Positions 37,063-49,092 of a stretch of DNA of 64,000 bases are shown in pieces (positions within the stretch are counted from its first letter, which is position 1; every line of letters starts with the position of its first letter). The stretch spans positions 1,198,431 to 1,262,430 of the forward strand of contig NW_003314293.1 in the NCBI RefSeq assembly GCF_000143415.4, in the 5' to 3' direction. This DNA comes from Selaginella moellendorffii. Its lineage: Eukaryota; Plantae; Lycopodiophyta. A program made the position numbers and the translations under genes. Under the pieces are notes generated by a model. That model saw only the letters and a program-made list of their open reading frames with translations. It did not search any database and was not told the origin of the DNA.

Positions 37063-40000
37063 TTAATTGAACTTTGCATAAGTACATAGAGTTCTGCCAT
37101 GCAGAAATTCCTCCACTAGATCTCGCGCGTTCGCTAGGTTCTCCTCCGGTTCCCATGTTGCTTCGCAGTGTGGAAATCCTTTCCACTTCACATGGAACTC
37201 TCTCACCTCGCGTCCTTGTCGCTTGCTCTTGCGCGCATTGAGGATGGCCTCGACTTCGTATTCCTCCTCCCCTTGGATAACCTCAGGTAAAGGTCTTACT
37301 TGGTCCTTGCGAAGCGGATCCTCAAAATACGGCTTGAGTAAGTTCACGTGGAACACGGGATGCATCTTCCCCATCTCTCGAGGAAGTCGGAGACGGTAAG
37401 CCACTTTACCAATTCGAGCCTCAATCTCGTAAGGCCCCGCGAACCTGCTTAAGGAACTCAAGATCAATTCATTTACAGGAATACATGCATTTTTACCTTT
37501 GGGTCAACTTCCGGCTGATCCCACTTGGTAGCCTGAGGTTCTTGGTGTTCAGCCACACCTTCTCCCCAGCTTGGAATTCCACATCCCGACGCTTTTGGTT
37601 CGCGTACTTAGTTTGCCTTTGTTGAGCCCGTTCCAAGGAATCCCTCACTAGATTCCAAATGTTAAGTCTTTTCGCCGTGAATGCCTCCACTGCGGGTAAC
37701 TCTCCATGATACTCGGCCACGCCGAGTTCCACAAGACCTTCAATAGCTCGCCCATTGATGACTTCCCATGGACTCACCCCGATGCTCGAATGTGGTGAGT
37801 TGTTATAACACATTTCCGCAAGTCCCAAATGACTTACCCAGTCGGTCTGGTCTCCCGAGACATAGCATCGCAAATAATCCTCCAGCTGCCTATTCACCCT
37901 TTCCGTTTATCCGTCTGTCAAGAAGTGTTAATGCCATCAATCTTGACTCCATACCCATTACCTGTCTGTGGGTGATAGGCCGTGCTGAATTTCAGCTTGG
38001 TGCGATACTGTTCTAGGAGTGTCCTCCAGAACCTACTGGTGAAGATCTTATCTCGATCTGAGATAATCTCTTCCGGCCTTCCCCGCACTCGAACCACTTG
38101 TTCGAAGAACAGCTTCGCCACACCTTCCGCATCCACATCCGTTGTGGTGGGTATGAAATGTGCCATCTTTGAAAATCGGTCCACCACCACGAATATCGCA
38201 TCGAACCCCTCGCTTGGGGGTAGTCCCGTGATGAAGTCCATCGTGAGACATTTCCACGGACGATCTGGAATGGGGATGCTTTGCAACAAACCCCCACTAG
38301 CCTTCGTCACGGCTTTGACCTGCTGACATGTTGGACATGTCTTTACATAGTCTTGGACGTCCTTAGCCATATCTAGCCAGTGATACTTCCTTTTGAGTAA
38401 ACCCATCGTCTTGGGCACTCCGCCGTGTCCCGCGAGAGGTCCGTCATGACACTCTTCCAAGGCTACCTTCCTTAGTTCCCCTTCTGGAACATACACCCTT
38501 GTTTGCTTGTAATATATGAGTCCGTTGCGTTCCGCATAGCCCGTTTTCTCTTCCGTTGGCAGCTCACCTCTCTGGTGAGCTTCCCGCGCCTCCAGATTCC
38601 TCAGCAACACTTCTTGTGCTAGACCATCACTCTCGTATGCGGTCCGCACATCGTCCCAAAAGGTTGCTGTCGCGCTAGATATCGCCAACTTCAAGCTCGC
38701 TTTTCGACTTAGCGCATCTGCCACGATGTTGCTCTTCCCAGGCTTGTACAGGATCTCACAATCAAACTCGGCCAAAGCATTGGCCCACCGACCTTGTTTT
38801 CCCCTTAGGTCGGGCTGTGACAAGAAGTGTTTCGTTGCCACATTGTCTGTGTAAACCTTGAAGTGTCTCCCAAGGTAGTGTCGCCACTCCTTGAGCGCCT
38901 TGACCACCGCAAACAATTCCTTCTCGTGGGCAGGCCACTTCCGTTGAGCCTTGTCCAGCTTCTTCGAGAAGAACGCTACTGGATGGTTGTCTTGCTTCAA
39001 AACTGCGCCCAACGCAAAGTCCGAAGCATCGGTGTCTACCTCAAAGTCCTTACCAAAGTCTGGTAATGCCAACACCGGAGCCTTCCTCAACTTCCCTTTG
39101 AGGTGGACGAATGCCGCCTCGCATTCCGCTGTCCATACCATCTTCCCTTTTTCTGTTTGATCCGTTAAGAGGGCTACTCTCGAATAGTGTCTAATAAACT
39201 TTCGATAGTAGTTGCATAGCCCCAGGAACGCCCTCAACTCATGTACATTCGATGGTCGCTCCCATTCCTGGATCGCTTGGACCTTCTCCGGGTCCACTTT
39301 GAGCCCGTCCTGGCCCACCACATGCCCGAGAAACTTTACCTCTTGTTGAGCAAAGTCACATTTGCTCTCTTTAGCATACAGTTTGTGTTCCCTTAGTTTC
39401 TCAAACACCTTCGCCAAGTGTTCGGCATGCTCCTCTAGCGTCTCGCTATAGATCAGGATGTCGTCAATATAGACGACCACGAAGCGATCCAGATAGGGTA
39501 CAAAGATGTGGTTCATCAATGCCGAAAACGTTGCCGGCGCATTGCACAGCCCAAAGGGCATCACCAGAAACTCAAAGCTCCCATACCTCGTTCGACAGGT
39601 TGTCTTCTCGACATCTTCCTCAGCTACCCTGATCTGGTAGTATCCTGACCTTAGGTCAATCCTCGAGAAGTATTTTGCCTTTCCCAACCTATCGAACAGG
39701 TCCTCGATCCTTGGCAAAGGGTACTTGTTCTTCTTGGTATACTTGTTGAGCAACCGGTAGTCTATGCACATGCGCATAGATCCATCTTTCTTTTTCACAA
39801 ATAGCACCGGCACCCCATACGGCGACTTGCTCAACCTAACATACCCTTTGTCCACCAACTCCTCTAGTTGGCACTTGAGCTCCTTGAGTTCTTTTTCGTT
39901 CAATCGATAGGGTGGACGAACCACCGCCTCAGCACCCTCGACCAGCTCAATCTTATGTTCTATCGGTCGTGCGGGGGGCAACCCCACCGGTAGCTCCTCC

Positions 40001-41832
40001 GGCATCGTATCCTGGAATTGGTCCAGCACCTGCTGGATCACTAAAGGTACTTCTTCCGTTCTTGTCTTTTTGTCACTCTTCACCGAAAGTAAGCACAAAA
40101 AGGCTGCCTTAGTTCCTTTAGTGAGTTGTCCTCTCGTGGACACCAGGTTTAAGCATGACTCTTTGGCCTTGCTTTGCCCTACCTTTAGATCCTGGGCCTC
40201 CACCCTAGATCTTCTTCCTTGGGCATTCGCCAATACCACAAGGTTCCTACCTTGTCCATGCAGGGCTACCACGAACCGATTAAACCAATCCATTCCGAAG
40301 ATCACGTCAAATCCCGCCATGTCCAAGACGGTGAAATCCATGTCCACTTTCCATGTCCCCACTTCGACTCTCGCTTGTCGAAGTACCTCATCGGTGCTTT
40401 GGCTACCTTGAACAAACTCTATAGTCCTTGGTTCGCCTAGCCGCTGCACCGTTAGTCCGGCTTGCCGGACTATGTCTGCAGCCACAAAATTATCCGAAGC
40501 ACCCGTGTCAATAAGGATCTTAACAAAGCTACCTCCGAGCTTCCCTCGGAGGGCTAGTAGATGTCGCGAACGACTCTCTACCAAAGTTGCTCGTGTAATG
40601 AGTAACTTCGAGTTAGGGACTGGATCACATACCTCAGTTTGGACTTCACCCGACTTGATGGCCATATTGGCTCTGGCCTTCTTCGGGTAGGGACATTCCC
40701 TCGAGAAGTGTCCCGCTTCGCCGCAGTTGTAGCATACGTTGTTTCCCACGCTGCTATACAACTTGACCTTCTTATCCGTGGGTTTGTCTTTTTTCGCTTG
40801 ACTCCCCCACGTACTCGCTCGCTGACCACCGGATTTGCCTTTCCGGAACCCCAAGGACTCATTCTTAGAGAAACTCTTTTTGAATTTCCCCTTGCTATAC
40901 GTTCCCCTTGGTTTGGCCCCTTTGCTAAATGTGGATCCCAACCCCGTCGTGTTCCCCTTTCGCAGGTTATCGTTGAAATGCACCTTGATGGCCGCATCCA
41001 ACGCTTCCTTGTAGTTGGTCGGGTTCCACCGCATCACCTCACCGCGAGCCCAGGTTTGCAAACCTGCTATGAAGGCGTGGAACGCATCCATATCCCCCAT
41101 GTCCGTGACAAGTATCCTCTTTGCCATGAACCCATTCACATATTCCTGGATGGTTCCAGTCTGCTTCAGCCTACTCAGCTCATCTCTCAGATGTAGAGTG
41201 GCATTCGGAGGAACGTATGTTGCGCGGATCCTCGCCTTCATCATGTCCCAAGTGGCCACAGGTCCTTTGTTGGCCTCCGTCGTTCTCCACCAAGACTTGG
41301 CATTATCTGCCAAGTATGGTTTTGCACATGGGACCTTCTCCGAGCTCGGTAATCGCAACGCTCGGAAGTAGTCCTCCATATCGTAAAACCAATCCTCCAC
41401 CACTTTATAGTCGTTCACTCCCTTGAAGACCGGTGGGGGCTTTGGTTTGTACTTGGGAACCGCCTGAGGGACTGATTCTACTTCGGTCTGTTCGACCTTG
41501 TCTAGTTTTGCCTCAATCCCGGCCGAAAGATCCGCACCTTCTGCGCTGCCAGCATCCGCAGTCTTTTTCTTTTTCTTCCGCCTCTCGTCACGCTTTAGCT
41601 TGCGTACGAGAGTTTCCAGCAGGGCATTGGTCTGTGCTAACTGTCCTTCTAGCACGTCCAATCGAGCCTTGGACGACCGAACCTCGCCACCGGACTCCTG
41701 TTTGGAAGTTTCCTCACTAGAGTCCTCCTCATGCAAGGATTCCTCATCCATAGCCTCTTGTTCGACCGGAGGCTCCAGCTCCGGCGGAGGTTCCGTCTCC
41801 GCCTGGGTTCGCTTACGCCCTGCCCTTGCCAT
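37063..41832 (-). CDS. Gag-Pol polyprotein (gag, CCHC, protease, RT, RNaseH, integrase, chromodomain) with two introns (37915-37961, 37445-37496)
   Basis: [80 protein letters not shown]. One CAA>TAA stop just after intron 1. Confidence 0.92.
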
Positions 41833-41891
41833 CTCCCAGCAATCCGCCTCTATCCTTCGCTAGAACTGAGATAAAGGCTCCGATACCAAAT

Positions 41892-42290
41892 TGTAAGCTC
41901 CTGAGTTTGGACTTCCCGGGAGGTCACCCAGCCCAGTACTATTCAAACCTAAGGACGCTTAACCCCAAATATCCCAAGACCCTTAACCAATTGGAAAAGG
42001 GGGTGCACTCTTATTCATGGGCCCTTTCCCTCTATATTTGAACCCCTATGGATCGTCTCTCGAGTCGTTCCCTTTGGTTGCTTACAATCCACCACACTTC
42101 CCTGCAAGTTCACGCCCTCGTGAACGGAAGCTGAGAGCCGCAGCTCTCCCGAGAGCCTCGCTCTCTTGACACCCTACCCCTCGGGTCGAGCCCAGCGGGA
42201 GCAAACTGGACCAGCCAGATATCAATCAACATGTGGTGCGATTCCCCTAAGCCAACCAACAGAGTCGGACCCAAAACCGCTCCGATACCA
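41892..42290 (-). mobile_element. Cassandra-like TRIM module (PBS, internal region, PPT, LTR 41892-42086 with 5S rRNA-derived core at about 41909-41963)
   Basis: Minus strand GTTAAGCGT..TAGTACTGGGCTGGGTGACCTCCCGGGAAGTCC matches the 5S internal promoter region and lies within a 195-bp TG..CA LTR. Confidence 0.82.
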
Positions 42291-43588
42291 AATGTAAGCC
42301 ACAAATTTTTCCTTTCCAATTTGCCAGCTTACCTCGTCTATCCGTCCAACACTGCCTTGGCTTTTCCTAAGTTCCCTCGCCAAGGTTCTCGCCTATGGTA
42401 CCAGCTCCTACTTGGTTTCAGCTACTCACTGCACGAGCAACGGAGTGTTAGCCATCCTTCCACAGATTCCCAAATCACTCCCAATCCCCCTCCCCGGGTT
42501 AGACTGGACTTAAGGTTCGGCTACACTCCCCACAAGCACAAGCAGCCAAGCACACCAAGCTTCCAGGTTTCTAACATCCCTTGGTACCACAAGACTTGAT
42601 CATGGGACCCTCTAAATCCCAAGTCTTGAGTGCAACACTTGCTTCGGGATGCCGGGGCGAAACACCGTGGCCTAGCGGCCCGGTATGGGTACCTCTCGCC
42701 CCCCACTTCCATCCCGAAGGAAGGCCCAGTCCCAACCTCAAGTCAGTTTGGGAGCCCCACTGGAGAGTCCCTTCTAAACTGGTTCCTGGACCTCACTATC
42801 CCTACTATACTTTTGGAACCCCCTGCAGCCCCCCCCCCCTGGGGGACGCACGCTTTGGGCTTTCACCCCTTGACCCGTATTAGTATTTGGACTTAGTCTC
42901 TGGCTCGATCTCGGACCCGATTTCGGATCCGACTTCGGATTTGGGTTCGGACTCGATTTCGGACTCGATCTCGGACCTGATCTCGGACCCGACCTCAGAC
43001 TCGACCTCGGACTCGGTCTCGGACCCGATTTCGGATCTCGGACTCCGTCTCGAACTCGGTCTCGAACTCGGACTCGAACTCGGTCCCCGAGTCGGTCTTG
43101 GACTCGATTCCGGACTCTATCTCGAACTCGGTCTTGGACTCGATCTTCGACTTGGTCCCATCCGATGAACTCTTTGTCATTTTGGTCGTGCTTTCGGGGT
43201 TCCTTTAGCCTACGACACCTCGGCGAGTTGGTTCCTTACAGTCTTGGACTCGATCTCAAACTCGGTCCCATCCGATGAACTCTTTATCATTTTGGTCATG
43301 CTTTTGGGGATCCTTTAGCCTATGACACCTCGGGGAGTTGGTTCCTTACATGGTATAGGTTGGTTGCAGCGCAATCATGCCAAGAGTGATTTTGAAGCTT
43401 CTTCCTCTTGTCCTATACTTCTTTATATTTAATCCATTCCTTTCACTTCCATACCTTTTTGTCCTTTTACTTTTACTTTTACTTCCATTACTTTTGTCTC
43501 TATATTACTTCCTCTGATGTTTTAGTCTTGTTCCACTCTTCCCTTTTTTGATCCCTCCAATGATCTTTGTGTTGTAGCAGTTGATTGG

Positions 43589-44121
43589 TGTGAGACACAA
43601 ATCCCAAAGCCCCAAAAGTGGAGCCAAAAGGATGCCACGTGGTAATGGCCAAAGTAGAAGCCAAACAAGCGTAACACGTTTGGACTAAAAGCTCCGACTT
43701 GAAAAGTTTAGAGCAGGAGTGAAACTCTCAACAAAGTGCTCAAGGAACAAGCACGAAGCAAATAATAAATGAGTGTTTAGAAAAGGGACATAAGAGGAAC
43801 AACACATGATATGTGGAAGTGTCAAGATGGACTTAAGATGGAGTTCAAGATGGAGTTCAAAATGGACCCGATATGGAGTCTTAGATGGAGTCTGAGATGG
43901 AATCTGAGAGGGACTCAGAGATGGAGTCCAAGATAAACCTGAAATGGAGTCTGAGATAGAGTCTAAAATGGACCTGAAATGGACCCGAGATAGAGTCTGA
44001 GATGGACTTGAGATGGAGTTCAAGATGGAACCAAGACCAAGTCCGAGCCCGAGCCTGAGTCCAAGCTTGAGTCTGAATACTAATACAGGTTGTTGGGTGA
44101 AAGCCCAAAGCAATCATCCCC
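43589..44121 (+). repeat. Old truncated family A LTR
   Basis: Starts TGTGAGACAC and is a diverged copy of 6702-7480. Breaks abruptly into AT-rich DNA. Confidence 0.8.
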
Positions 44122-45862
44122 CATTTAAAAATAGTATAGATTTAAATTTTTACTCATAAAAAATAACATTTAATTTATAAATATTCTATATCAATCAGAG
44201 AATACTTTCAATCATTTGAATTAATACAATCATTCTGTTCATTTAGTCTTATACAATTAAAATAATCTCAGGACAGTATTAATATCAGTTAAAATTTATT
44301 TTTTTAATATTAAGATATTTTAGGAATCTAATGAATATTCTCAAGCAAGGATTATTACTTTATTATTGAGACCTTTTGTTGATCAATTTTACTATCTGTA
44401 AATGTTTTTAAGAGTACCAGATTATTAATTTAGAAATGATTGTTTTAGATTTCAAAAGTATTGTCATTCATTACTTAAAGTTATTAGACAGTTTTTGTTT
44501 CTTTATATAAATTTTATTTTCATATTTTTATTGTTCCTATTCTTATATCACTATTTTTCTATTTTTTTATCAATTCCTTTATTAATTTTCTTTATGTTTG
44601 TTTCTGATTTTTAGAATACTCCTAAAATTTTTAACACGACTATTTTGTCATATAAAGAATAAGAACACAATTCTAAATATTAAGCAAAACACTTGAAATA
44701 TTTTGCCCTCCATAAAACAACTGCAATGCTCGTCATCTCTATAAATATAAGTGTCTAGGATATAGGAATAAGTATAGTAATTGCAATTTAGACCCTTGCC
44801 AGATCCACAACATATTTCCAGTATTAATTTCAAACTCCATTGCTGATGCAAGTCTTGCTTGAGCTTTATTACCCACTAGATGAGGATTTTGTGAGTTACC
44901 TCCAACCTCAAGGAGGTAAATTATGTTTATTAGAATTTCAATACATGTTCAATTCTATTTTATAGATCACAGTCACTTAGAGTTTCTAGAATTGGAGGCT
45001 TTGGAAGTCTCTCTGACTATACAGAAGCCATGGCTCAACAAATGCAAGGTGAATCTTCCCCAGAATATCAATATAGGAGGAGGCATAAAAGGAATCAATA
45101 TGTTGATAATGAGGTAAAAGAAAGTTAATTGCATCCTTATATGAAATGAAAAGCTTATTATATATATTAGATTGTCTATGAAAGTGTCAAATGTCAGTGA
45201 CAATGTCAATGTTAGATATCATAATTGCAAATTATCATTCTCACCTATCACCATTATTTTGAAGCACTTATGTGTTGCCATCTCCTCCTTCAACACCTTG
45301 TAAATAATTGTATGTGATATGATAGCACCATCTAGAATAGGTATGTTATCTATAGCTAATATCATTTCATTATAGTTTTTTTTTTTAACAGAGACAATAC
45401 TATAGTATAGTAAAGTAATTCTAGATCTTACATTCCACTATAGGGCGATGGTCCAAAGTTGAGTTGAGTTCATGATTTGAGCACAATTCAGCTCAAGTCA
45501 ATGCTAGATAACATAGTCAACCATAAGTCGTATAAGGAAATGTTAAGTCAGAAAAATGTTATTCTTTGGTGAACTTGAAATTTATGAATTTAAGTATCAA
45601 TGGTTCAGAGAAATTTCTATTTTTTGAATCTTTCTAATGCAATTTATACAATAAAATACTGTATCTAGAATTAGAAATTCATCTGAACCCATAGAAAGTT
45701 TTGGGCTTTCTTGGTCCTAAATAAAAATGGGAATATTGAAGTTCAAAAGAACCTGAAATTTTTATTATACATTTCAATATTTTAACATTTTAACAATTAA
45801 CCAGAAATATATAAATAATTTGAAATATTGATTCACTCGTTCATTCTTTAGGGTTTACAGAG

Positions 45863-46183
45863 ATGGGAAGCAAAGAAGACAAAAAATCTATAAATAGTTC
45901 TAGCATACAGAAATGTGAGAATGTTAATTTTGTTTCACTACCACTATCTCCATATTACACACCTAGTCCTTATTACCCATCCGGAAATATAAAGACCATT
46001 ATCACTATTGATAAAAATGCTCATGTTACTTTTGAAACAACAGTCAAGAGTAAGAGAAAAGAAGAAATAGATAGCACACGGAAAGCACTAATAAATCTAT
46101 TTTATAAACCTTTCAATGGCTTTTGTAATCCCCTAAAATATTATAAAAACAATTTTTTTTTATATATATCTTATTCCTTTTGA
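45863..46183 (+). CDS. Small SPYYTP-motif protein homologous to 22180-22437 (3' end uncertain, possibly a pseudogene)
   Basis: ENVNFVSLPLSPYYTP..TIDKNAHVTFETTVKSK versus EDVEYISLPNSPYYTP..TIENAPVTSETTIQSK. TATAAA at about 45810. Confidence 0.55.
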   Translation: MGSKEDKKSINSSSIQKCENVNFVSLPLSPYYTPSPYYPSGNIKTIITIDKNAHVTFETTVKSKRKEEIDSTRKALINLFYKPFNGFCNPLKYYKNNFFLYISYSF

Positions 46184-46562
46184 TATATTTTGTCTTTGCA
46201 AAGAGTATAAGTATGTAGTATATATGATATAGACAAATCAAAGAGTTAAATCTATATATGATTTTGGGATTGAAAGGTAATCTTGCAAAAAGGTATTCTT
46301 ACGTGCCTGTGTGCATTTGCCATTATTATATATGGCAAGCCAGCTATATAAAATAAGGCTACATACTAATTAAATGCTAGTTTTTAGCTTCTGGAACCCT
46401 ATAGCCACTTGTCTCTCATAGTAGGTTGTAATTACTGAGACTAACAATTATGATTCAATATATTGTCATGTCATAATAAAACATCATTCCCGAGATTAAA
46501 ATATAGTATATTAATCAGAAAATTCTTATTGCTGGGAAGTTTAATTCTTCTTGTGTGTTGCA

Positions 46563-47105
46563 ATGGTTAAGAAGAAATTTACTTTTGGTCCCGAAGGCCT
46601 CTCATATGAGTCTCCACCTCCATTTCCAATCTCAACCAATAATCCACCTTCACCTTTACGTAACAATCCTTTTTTTCATTTTGAGGGTTATTGTGAGGCT
46701 CTTCTATTTGTGACCTCAACTACAACTGAATAAGAATTCCTTCTTTATGATGTTATTAAAAGAGATGGATTGCCTCTAATGCTCCAAGAGTGATGTCAAT
46801 ATTTTCTTCAAGATTTTGCTCCAAATATGGCAAGAGAGTTTAATGTAGATACATATTATCTTTGGTGTCCTATATGCAACTTTTATTTAAACAAGACAAA
46901 TGGTTTCATGGGTTTGGTTTACTGAGCATTATCGCAAATGCCCAAGAGCGGGTTTGGAATGTGTGCATGCATAGATGTATAAGAAAATCAAGAAAGAAAT
47001 AAAAACACACAACTATTATGATTTCATGGTGGAGAACAATATTTTATTGGTGAACACTGCATCAGTAAGTGCTAAATATGGGATATTTAGGCCACCCTTT
47101 AATAT
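46563..47105 (+). pseudogene. Putative CxxC..HxxxC zinc-binding protein, paralog 1 (disrupted)
   Basis: Translates across stops and frameshifts as SYESPP..DGLPLMLQE*CQYFLQD..YYLWCPICNFYL..HYRKCPR..MYKKIKKE..YGIFRP. Confidence 0.55.
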
Positions 47106-47269
47106 AATGTGAAAGTCATATATAGTTTTTTCAAAAGTTTAATTCTTTATGAGTAAAGTGGAGAATCTTATATTTTTGAGAATGATAGTATTCTAGCATG
47201 TATAAAGATATTATTATATATACAAGTGGCTAGAGAAAATGTTATTGCTACTCGCACTTAGCCCCCATG

Positions 47270-47773
47270 TATTTCATATGAGTCTCCACTTTTGTCTCCA
47301 ACTTCTACCAACATTCCACTCTTCCCTCCACACAACAATCATTGCGAGGTTTTTCCTTTTGTAGCTCAAGTGTGACTGAACAAGAGATCCCTCTTCTAGA
47401 TAATGTTCTAGATGTTACTACTAAAGATGGATTGCCTCATGTGCTTCAAGAGCAATGCCAGATGTTTCTTCAAGATCTTGCTCCAGATATGGCTAAAACT
47501 TTTGAAAGAATGAACACATATTATCTTTAGTGTCCCATCTGCTACTTTTATTTAGATAAAACGGAAGGTTGTATGGGTCTAGAAACTTTTCTAGAACACT
47601 GTCACAACTGCCCAAGAACTGGTGTGGAAGGTTTGCATAAATGGATGTATAAGAAAATTAAGAAAGAGTTAAGAATACATAACCATTATCACTTCATAGT
47701 GAGGAACAATATTCCGTTAGTAAATCCTATATCCAAAAGTGTTGACTATGGTATTTTTAGGCCATCCTACTGA
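47270..47773 (+). pseudogene. Putative CxxC..HxxxC zinc-binding protein, paralog 2 (disrupted)
   Basis: SYESP..DGLPHVLQEQCQMFLQD..YYL*CPICYFYL..EHCHNCPR..MYKKIKKE..YGIFRP; collinear with paralog 1. Confidence 0.55.
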
Positions 47774-48200
47774 AAATTCTAGCTACTAATAATTCTTACA
47801 CTATGATATTATCCCCCCCCCCCCTCCCTTGCCTTTTTTTTATTAACAAAATTGTATTACCTATAGATAATAAACTCATAATACTTGTAATTATGAAATT
47901 TGACAGAATGACACTAACTCTGTCATCTCTGACACTAATACTGTCTCTATCACTAACACTATCACTGTCACTATCTGCTGAATTGACATTGTCACTGTCA
48001 CAATCATTATCACATTGACATATGACACATCTTTCTCATTGCAAGTGGATGCATTCAATTGTCTTTTAATGTATCATTAATAAATAGATTTTTTATACCA
48101 CTCCTCAATTTACACATTGCATATATTATGCCATGCATACCTAGGAAGACTTTTAGAAAACTAAATATATATTATATATAACTTTTTAAAACATCATAAA

Positions 48201-49092
48201 TTACCTCCTAGAAGCAATTGATAGAGAAGGATAAAAACCTCTAAGATGGCGTTTGAAGAACTCATATTTTTCAGTTGCAAACACCGATCTACCAAAGTCA
48301 TATGCTACCTCAACTATCGAACCACTACTTGTTGTGCAATCGATGGCAACACCCCTAATTGGGCAATAAAGCTCAAGTAGGACATGCATTACTGATGGAG
48401 ATCAGAACCGATACCCAAACAATGTGTTGCAGATGTCGTTGTCTACCAGATTTGGTATGATGTCAATAAAGCTTTCATACCCTGGCAAAACCCTTGTAGC
48501 ATGCTCGCTATCACGAAAACCCTCATTTTCCCTTTTGCAGAACACATGGTAGGTCCACATTATAACCTGAATAATAAAACTTTAGAAACAACCAAAACAG
48601 AAGATGATTTCTTACCTTCTTTGGCATGCCTAGGACGCCTTTGGTCTCAACCCTAACACTATCCATGATGCACCCAGAAGAGAACCTCTTGAAGTTGACT
48701 CGAGTTGCATACCTCATAAGGCAGGACATCCAATGGTGGTCATTTGGGAGAATGAAGGCAACTTGATTGGTTGTGTGAAGGAGAATTGCTACCAAAAGGA
48801 ATGCATCCTTTAAGTGGTCTTTAGTTAGGATGTTCCAGCTTAGGACATCACTATTAGCATCTAGAAGACCATCTGACATATCAAAGAGTAGGAAGATTGT
48901 GCTCTTGAGCAGTCGCCTATGGATCTTCTGACAAAAGTGCTCCCACTTTTGCTAGATAGCCATATTCTTAGCATCCTCCTCGAAAGATGCCATCAATGAA
49001 TTGTAGGAGCCAATAAAGATCCCAACTTCGCCACGGAATGCCACTAGAGAAATAGGGCGAATCTAGGGGAGGCTCAAGGGTATATTAAAGCA
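48201..49092 (-). pseudogene. Beta-class N4-C/N6-A DNA methyltransferase-like gene fragment, interrupted at 49093 by a gypsy insertion
   Basis: IFLLFDMSDGL..DVLSWN (motif IV-like); intron 48567-48615; then SPSVMHVLLELYCPIRGVAIDCTTSSGSIVEVAYDFGRSVFATE, resembling LIxxxSxxGDxVLDPFxGSGTTxxAAxxxGRxxIGxE. Several stops. Confidence 0.6.

Larger units (their letters stand above)
35513..43240 (-). mobile_element. Complete young Ty3/gypsy chromovirus (family C)
   Basis: LTRs 35513-36660 and 42293-43240; TSD GTCTT at 35508-35512 and 43241-43245; PPT GGGTGGTGGTG at about 36662-36672; PBS 42279-42290 and a second PBS 41877-41888. Confidence 0.93.
21227..43350 (-). repeat. 5' LTR of the older family C copy, split into three pieces (21227-21519, 34798-35512, 43241-43350) by nested insertions
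   Basis: The pieces join collinearly into a copy of LTR 35513-36660 (TGTAAGCC...CCTTACA) once the two insertions and their TSDs are removed. Confidence 0.85.

Noticed and set aside
41909-41963. 5S rRNA gene
   Set aside because: Only the ~55-bp internal promoter core is present, inside a TG..CA LTR.
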